From positions 39,063 to 103,062 of IMG/VR virus record IMGVR_UViG_3300034103_000446: a DNA stretch of 64,000 nt, one strand, 5' to 3'. Each line of letters opens with the position of its first letter. The stretch's first letter is position 1. This document shows positions 31,401-40,400 of this stretch, piece after piece. The stretch is from a virus. A program made the position numbers and the translations under genes. The notes beneath the pieces were generated by a model. The model saw only the letters and a list, made by a program, of their open reading frames with translations. It searched no databases and was not told the origin of the DNA.

Positions 31401-34400
31401 TAATTTCTGTAATTGGGAATTGATATATTACACTATTTGCATACTGTAGATAATTCTTTAACGCGGTGAATCTGTCTAAGAAGAAACTCTGACGAGGTCT
31501 TGCTAGTATACCGGTTTGAACTGCTTTAGGTAAGTAGGGATTAGGAACAATTGCTCCAGTTTCATCTACACCGCACAAGCTGTCTAATAATCTATCATAC
31601 AAACTATCAGGGATACCACTAGCGGTAGACGGGACACCTGGTAAGAAGTCACTAGGGAATCCTGAACGAACTAAATTGAATTGTTCATGTGATACATCAT
31701 CATTGGTGCCTGTCGCAAATCCAATGTGCAATACACTGTCATTTGCATTGATGTAATCACCTGAGTTGTACAATCCATATACGCTTGGTAATATTGGACT
31801 AAAGTAACTGATGCCAGATGCCTTTGGATTTTCAATGTAAGACGCAATTATAGAATCTGCCAGAGTCTTGTCATTATCAGTGAATATAGTATTAGTGTTT
31901 CTAGCCCAGAAGTAATATACGGGTGACAATGCACCGGATGCGTTTATTACATACTGAATAGAATACGAATCAACATTTAATGGTGTGCCTGGTCCTCTGT
32001 ACTCTCCTGGCAACACTGTGCTTGCTACCCAACTGCAAACTGCAACATCGCTACCCGGGAACAATGTACCCCAATATTGGCTGTTATACGCTACATCATC
32101 ATTTTGATGATAGTTTACATAACGCATGTTCTTTGTGTTCAGCCAAACTAAACCAACATGGTCTGCTCCCCATACTAATCCACCGGTTACTGTTTCTCCA
32201 TTGTTATAATATGCAGGATCAACGTTAGAAACAATGTCAATGTTTTCTCTTGCCGCCCCTAAAATTTTACCTTGCAATGGATCAATGTAATCCATGTTAA
32301 TCAGTGTCTCATTCGATTCGGCACTGAATAGTTGAATGTTGAATATTTTATTAATATCTACTATAGGAGCAGAATATCTGTATAGTGCCCAATCTTTTAC
32401 CCCGGTGCTGTTATTATAAACTGTTGCTGAACCGGCGTACTCGCTACCAGTAGTGTCACCTACATCGCCGGGTGTACCTACAATTACTCCGTAATTATTG
32501 AAATCTAGTGCAGTACCGTAACGTGGTTGGTTACTAGTAGTGATATCAGTATCCTGATCGTATGAATTAAACGGAGTGTATACTAAGTTAGGTGAGTTGA
32601 CGCTTTGTGCATAAACAAACTTACCTGGATTCAACAAGCTTTCATTATATTGAGTAATGTAGTCAAACATGTACACCGCACCAAAGTTTGGTGATTCATC
32701 TATCCAAGAAGTAGTATTGTTATCAAACAGAGTATCGTTATCTTGATTTTCATCATCAATAAAGTCAAAAGTAGTTGCAGAATATCTAGTGCCAACTGGA
32801 GCGCTAGCTACAAAACTACCGTATTCATTGAACTTTACTATCGTACCAAATTGTGTTGGGCCACCGGTATGTGGGCAATTAATTTCTTGAGTCATGTCAA
32901 AGACGACAATACCTAATTCACCCAATGTAACAGTATCAGTTACACCTAAACATAATTTCTGATTAACAGGAGCTAAATTATTATCGATCAAGAAGATTAC
33001 TAATTTGCCATCGATGGATGTTGCAGCTATATTGGTTATATTAGATGAATTAATAGCATTGGCTACTACCTCAGCGTTGCCTGCAGGTATAAATGTTAGG
33101 AATCCATTTATCAAAATCTTTCTAGTAGTGGTAACGTTACAATCATTCACGCCTACGTACATACCATACGCCGCACCTGGATCAGTGTAGCGATACACTA
33201 CACCCTCAGTAGTCTGAGTGCTTAATTGAAATGGTGCACCAATTAATATTTCACTAGCAGTTGTGTTGGTTGTAACGCTTATACCAAACTGTGCACCGGT
33301 TTGAGGAGTTTCACTAGGGGCAATATCTTGAAATAGAGTAATGTCGTTTCCATTTACATTTACTATATCACCTGCATTCAATGAATCAGTATAAATCAAA
33401 GTATCATCAATTACTGCGTAATTGTTATCTTGAACCAATGTACCATTCCTAGAAACAAACAAGGTGTCGTTCTGTAGGTAAGCACTGGCATTTGACATTC
33501 CGGATACGGTTGATAAATCAATATCGGTTGTGCTTTCTCTGGTTTCCTTGATAGTTATATTAGAGCCTGCAATAGTAGAGACATAATAAACCTTTGATGT
33601 TGTTATGTCCGTGCCAGCGAAGCCTGCTCCAATAAACATGATAGGTTTATCTAAGTCTGTGCTTACATTCAGTCCAATTGATAATGTAATAACGTCACCG
33701 GCGCTATTAGTATCAGTAACTGTATATTGAGTTGCTGCCGGAGTCCACGCTAATTGTAATGTCTGTGTGCTTGGTGCTATGGTGTTGTATTGAATTTCTA
33801 TGTTTTGGCATAGTCGTTGGAATACATAAGTGTGTCCCCACTTATCAATCGTACCTTCATCTTTGTAGGGAGCTCCAATAATTATTTTGTTGCTATTATA
33901 TTCTGTAGCAATAGAATATCCAAATCTGTCACCTGGATTAGTCAATCCTAATGCATCACCGTCAATTGTAGCAGCAGTAGTATATGTTATCTTTGTTGCA
34001 ACACCTGTACCAGTACCCAACCCTGACGCAATAAAAATAGTACCAACATCATTAGATGTTGCACCTATTGCAGTAAAGTCAGTAGTACCAATAGTGTTGA
34101 TTATATATGTTTGACTAGTCTCAAAGTTTCCAGCAGTAGTTAATATATTTGAACGTTGGTAAACATGTACTGTATCATTATCAATATCAGATATGTAAAT
34201 CCAAGCTTGGTTCTTTGCTATCGCAATTGCAGTTCCCCAAGTTGTTGCACCGGCTGCGTAAGGTATAGTCTGAACCAAAACTAGATCATCACTGGTTGTA
34301 GTAGCTTGTAATTGATATAGCTTAACACTTCTAGATGCTCCGGTTGTTTCTGCAATAGCATATAGATCACCTGCATAACTAATAGTACTACCAAATGTAG

Positions 34401-37400
34401 CATTTCCTGTTATAGTTTGCACAAGTTCATATGCATCGTTCAATTCATTAAAGGTATAGCGATATACTTGGCCTGCGTCTGCATCACTAATCATGTAACC
34501 CAATTGACTACTAATAGCAACTGCACTTCCCAAAGATTGAGAAGACGCTTTAGTTACTTGATTCTCTAATGTGTAATTGATATTTTTTCTATACACACCC
34601 CATGATCCAGATGCATCAGTGTCTACCCATACCGTGTTCTTTCTGAATTCTGCTTCTATTAGAGGCAAATCTGCTATTTCTGATGGAGTTGCAACACGCT
34701 GAGAAGTAAACTTCATAGCAACACCTTGACCAGTAATGGTCTTGATACTAGTGTCTAATACTCTGTTTACTAATACTCTATTTTGATCGATAACAATGGT
34801 TGCTAGATAGTAGCCGTCGATCACTGGATCAAAATTTACAATAGCAAATGGTTGATATTGTTTTAAATTATGAGGTTTGTTGAATGTGATAGTAACTGTT
34901 TCATTCAAGTTGTTTCTTGCACTAATCACTTGACCCATAGATACAGGAGTATAGACTTGCCACTGTTCTAAGTAGTTAGCTAGCCATACATAATCACGCA
35001 CAAAGAATTCTTGTATAGGAACGATAGAACCACTCTTGTCTACTGCTACTCCCAATTGAGAATAGAAGAAGGCAGACATTTTAACATCGTTGTAATTAAC
35101 ATAGCCTGCATTAGGGAACACAGGACTGATGCTTTCTACGCTAGTTGTGGGAAGGACATTTACATTAGATACTGCTCTACCGTAATTAAACAATGAGTAT
35201 AACGGAACTTCTTGTTGTACACCTTGGTTGTATATTCCCTGTGTTAATCCAACTACTGCAGGATTACCGGTCATCGAGTTTTCATTGACTCTGAATTCTA
35301 TGAAGTTGTTGTTTAATACACCACCAAACTCACCTGCCTTAATAGCCCAATTTTCAAAAATTTCGTAGTCAATACCACCTTGTGGCAATGTAGCACCTTT
35401 GAATGCGCTAGCTGCGTTCAATGTACCTTTGTTCTTAATCATGTTCTTGTATACGTTGACTTGCGTAATGTCTGTCAAGTCTGCAAGAGCCATATAATCA
35501 CGCGGACGGTATCCAATCAGACTGAAGCTTAGTAAGTCAGCATCTTTTTCCAAGTTAGCTTGATCGACATCATAGTACAACGAACTTTCATAACTACGTG
35601 TGCTTGAGTTAGGTAACAATCCCTTTTGGATACTATCATAATCAGTGCGCTTCCAATCTTCTTCTTTGAAAAGTTCACTGGCCTGAATTACTTTAGTGGC
35701 TACCCAATATTTGTTTTTATATTTGACAATTTCGCCCTTAGTGTATTTGATTGTGCGACTCCATTCTTTGATGTTATCTTGATTGTAAATGAAGCCGCTT
35801 GCGTTGACTGTACCATTCCAATCTGCACTCTTAGTACCACGCAATGCGATACGATTTTGACGCAAGCCAGTGGTCAAGTTGTAAATGATATCCCCAAACA
35901 ATGTAATATTATCAAATACGATACCGTGTTCAAAATTACTTAGGTTGAACTGACCGTATGATAATACATCACCTGCATTCAATGCTGCCACACTGAAGTT
36001 TGTGCCTTCACGAACCACAGACATGTCATTCAATTGAATAGGATATAGATTCTGATTCAATATGAAGTTTGATTGTTGCAATGTCAATGGTTGAACAATG
36101 TTACTATCTTTGTCGATAGTTAGTTTCTTAGCTGAAGGGTTCAATGTAACAATGCTACCAGGTGCCCAGCCTGTCTGCGACCAATACATGAATTCTGCAA
36201 TCATTTGACCCCAATTAATTTCGAGTTCATTTTCCATGTCATCAAACTTCATACCTAAACTAGTTAAGTATGCACCATAGTCTGCTAAGAACTGTGCAAC
36301 TTCTTGTACAGTGTAGTACGTAGTGTTATAAGGTATAATTTGTTCTGTTGCGTAGTGGTCAGGTGTTACTCGTACAGATAAATCTTCTATTTCAATAGTA
36401 TCATACTTGCCGCCAAATTTTGGCTTCAATGTTTTGAAGTATGCAAATGTTTGTGAGTTTCCGTATACAGTGTATCCACCTGTGGATGCTTTCTGTATTA
36501 TGACGCCTGAATAAATTATTCTATTGAATGGTTGGTTGTCATAAAGCAATACAGAATAACTTTCGTCAGGAATTAACAAACTAGCGTTGATGCTGTTTGG
36601 TGTTCCTTTTTCAACATAAAACTTTAGTAAGGTCTTATCACTGAATCCAGCTAGTCGATACACTAGACGAACATCAGTGTTGTTTATCATTTCGGTTATG
36701 TTTGCTGTCGCTGGAATTCCTATCTGTTTCTCGTAGTCAACCACCCAGTTAATGTAACTGGTAACCGGAGTTCCTGTGCCATACACATCAATATCACTCA
36801 TTCTCAAATGACTGCGATTATTTACTAGGTACTGATTAAATTCTTCGTTGTATTTGTAGTTGTCTACATTAACTCCCAAATTAAAGAATGCTGCAGGCTT
36901 TGTCAATGCTAATAATCTCATCAAATCGAATGGATATGAACTACTACGTCTATAACTGAATTCAACGGGCGCACCATCACCAACTTTCCAATCACGTTGG
37001 AATAATTTTTGATTGTAACTACCTACAACAGAATCAATCGGAGGTAGTAAATTACCTGCACTGTTAACTGGGATTATTTCTAATAGTCCAGGTCTAACTG
37101 CTTGAGGAATTACAACTGGATCTCCGTTGTTCCAATCAATTCCTTCTGCTAAATCAGTCCATAGAACCAAGTTATCACTAGTGTAGGGTGCTGGACCATA
37201 TCTATTTGTCCACCATGTAGGCATTTCAGTAAAGCCTAACATCTCCCATGGCGTAGTGTTTGGTGTAGTAGTGTCGTAGAAGTATTGATATATACCTCTC
37301 CAATATCCTTGACTAATCACACCCTTATCTATCGCATTACCACTTTGGAAGTAATTCCATGTAAAGGTGTTTCCTGCATTATAGAATTGAGTTTTATAAT

Positions 37401-40400
37401 TCAAACGATTTTGGCCAACCCAATTCAAGAAACTGTTGCTGTAAATTTCTAACCATTCAGCATATGAATAATCAGTATCACGGAAAAAGCCAGGAACAAC
37501 TTCGTACTCTTTAATAGGAATGATATTGCTTAATTTTAAGTTATTGTAAACACGCAATTCAAATTCTAGAGATACCTGATCCCTAAAGTCAGACAACAGT
37601 CCAGTAATAGTATTATATTCACCGTATAATTTAGTGTATGAACCGTCATGCCCTCTAATGAAATATGTAGGAGTATTGTAATTACTGTCTAGTATTACTT
37701 CAGGAATGTAAGACGGATACAATCCCAACTTAGTTGGAGTGTTGGGGACATATGAACCATATGTCTGATTGTACTCTTTAACGGTTATACTGTCACCAGG
37801 CTGTAAGTCTAAGCTAACAGTCAATGACGGTGCTGTTGTGCTAATAGTATAGTCTTGACCTTTAACCAATTGTTGAGTTGATGTTAACCCTGAAACAGTG
37901 CGAGTCAAATAAACTAACACCCCGTAGTAATTTGCAGTAGCATAATCATACACTCTAGACAAAGGATAAATGCTTACATCTAAGCTATTTGCAAATGAAT
38001 ATGTGTTAGATATATATGCTGCCTTACTAGGCAACATATCAGACCAAAAGAACGACTGACTATCAGTTTTTGATGCAGTCATCTGATCCAATGCATCATC
38101 TAACATAGTAGCAGGATCATATCTTTGCTCATAGTCACTATTTTGAATAGTGTATGCCAGTAAGTTTTTGAATTTTACATATTCTCTGTCATTAAACATT
38201 AACGAATTGAACAAGTTGTGTTCTTGTTTGCGTAAGAATGCACCTGGCAATATTAAGCTTGCACTGTTTTGAATTATCTTGTCACCCCATGGAACTAAGT
38301 TTCCAAGATCGCGGAAGTTATTAGATCCAAATACGTCACCCGTAGTATTAGGATTATTAAAGAACATACTCTGATACTGACCACGAATGTCACCAATGTT
38401 AGCGACAGTTATGTCAGCGTTTAACGGGTTGTTGTTCAAGTTAATAGGAATCGAATAATATGCAGTTTTACTTACTTGGTCACTTAACAATAAGATTTGA
38501 ACAACTGTTTCGATTAACGGATTTGTTGCTAAAACTACAGTAGTAGTGTCTGGGCCCACAGTTATAGTATACTCACCGTGATTAACAATTACGTTGTTTA
38601 CATAAACTTCGATTGTAGGCCATGCAATGCTGTCTGCGCTAGACTTAGCGATATCACACATGTATGAGGCAGCAGGATTTAATGGATCATAATTAAATTC
38701 AAAAATTTGATACTGAACACTAGGCGCAACTGCTGTTTGCCAACCCAATTGACGTTGATACTCTATTCTGTTATTGTATTGAAATACATAACCAGTATTA
38801 ACCTTTTGGGTGATAGGATCAGTTCCACTCACATAGTCAAAAGTATCTGCATTTAAGGAGACATCAAAGCTAATATCACCCACATTGTCTATAGCACTAT
38901 ATCTAATAGGAAATCCTAAAATAGAATCATCAATGCCGGCTCCTAGACCATAAGCAAATAATTTACAACCAATAAATGACGTACCAACATATACATCTGA
39001 GTCACCAAAGCTAATGCCATTGGTGTCAAATATATCAAATAGAGGTGGCTGATTCACTGTAGTTTTTTGCTGTCCTTCAATCCAATCTAAACCATTGTAC
39101 CAAAATTCTTTTCCTTGATTGAAGTAACCTCTTAGTGCAACAGTCTGTTGATCAGTGTGAACAATACCATCATTGACTTCTGTTAATGTAATCACCGGTA
39201 TTGAAGATCCGTTTACTACAGAAAATCTAGATACATAAATTTTATTCTTTACAGTCGAATCTGCGTCTTGTGTGAAAATAATTCTAGAGCCTTCAAACAA
39301 TGCATAATTGTCGTTAGTAGTGTCTGTGCTAACAAATGATGAATCAGTAGTTGTAGGTATGTATCCAGAAGAACCTTCATCCCAGCCCACTGTAATTGTT
39401 AATGTAGTAGTTCCACTGATTGACAATACTTGAGTGTTTCTTGGCAACTGATTAGTTGAATCAGTTATATATTGTCCAACAGTTATTGTTCCATTCACAT
39501 CGACTGAATCAATAGTCAATATGGTACTTTGGGGAGTCCATTCGAATCCGTAAGTTCCTGGTCCAATATTAGAATTAGGCCCTATTACATCACCGCCTTT
39601 AGTACTTGATATTTTAAATTCGGTACTAGAAACAATCTCTGCTACAAAGTAAGTAGCACCGTTAACTATTCCTAAACCAGGTGTGATGTTATCGAATACA
39701 ATTAAATCATCAACTCTAAAACCAGTAGTGCCTGTTGAGGTAGTAAACACATCAGTGCTTGCAGATGCATCAGTTAATACTCTGGTCGCAATGTAATCAG
39801 TGCTTGTGATGGTACCAGTGTATGCAGTATAAACTTCTACATCAGGGTAATAATTCTGTTGACCGGCCACTTTAGTTAACGCATCTGTGGTTCTAGTATC
39901 AATAAAGTCTACTGGATTTTTACCTTCAGATCCAGAGTTAAACATCTTTATGTTAGGATAAAATTCAATGATAGGTCTTTTTGCTTTATATTCCGATGTT
40001 GCATACAGTGTTGCAAGATTTGGATTATTATTGTATATTGCAGTTGCATTTATAACATCTATATGAAACCAGCGGTTACTACGTGACCATGCATTTTTGT
40101 CAATGCTATTACGAGCAATAGTAATGTAATCAGGTGTCACTGGAATATACGAATTACCTTCCCATGCAGCAGAGTCCCAACCTAAAACATCCCATGGCAC
40201 GTATGTGCTTGCAGTAAAACTTTCAGGTGCTATGAAATTTTCTACCGGTAGTAATTCAATTGCAGTACCTACACCTTCTACATAGTATTCACCTGCAAGA
40301 TAGCTGGTAGGTATAACATCACCTTGGAAAACAACTTTTAGGCCATTGGTAAACACTACTCCGTTAGTAGAAGTAAACTGAGCTTGTCCCAAGATATCAG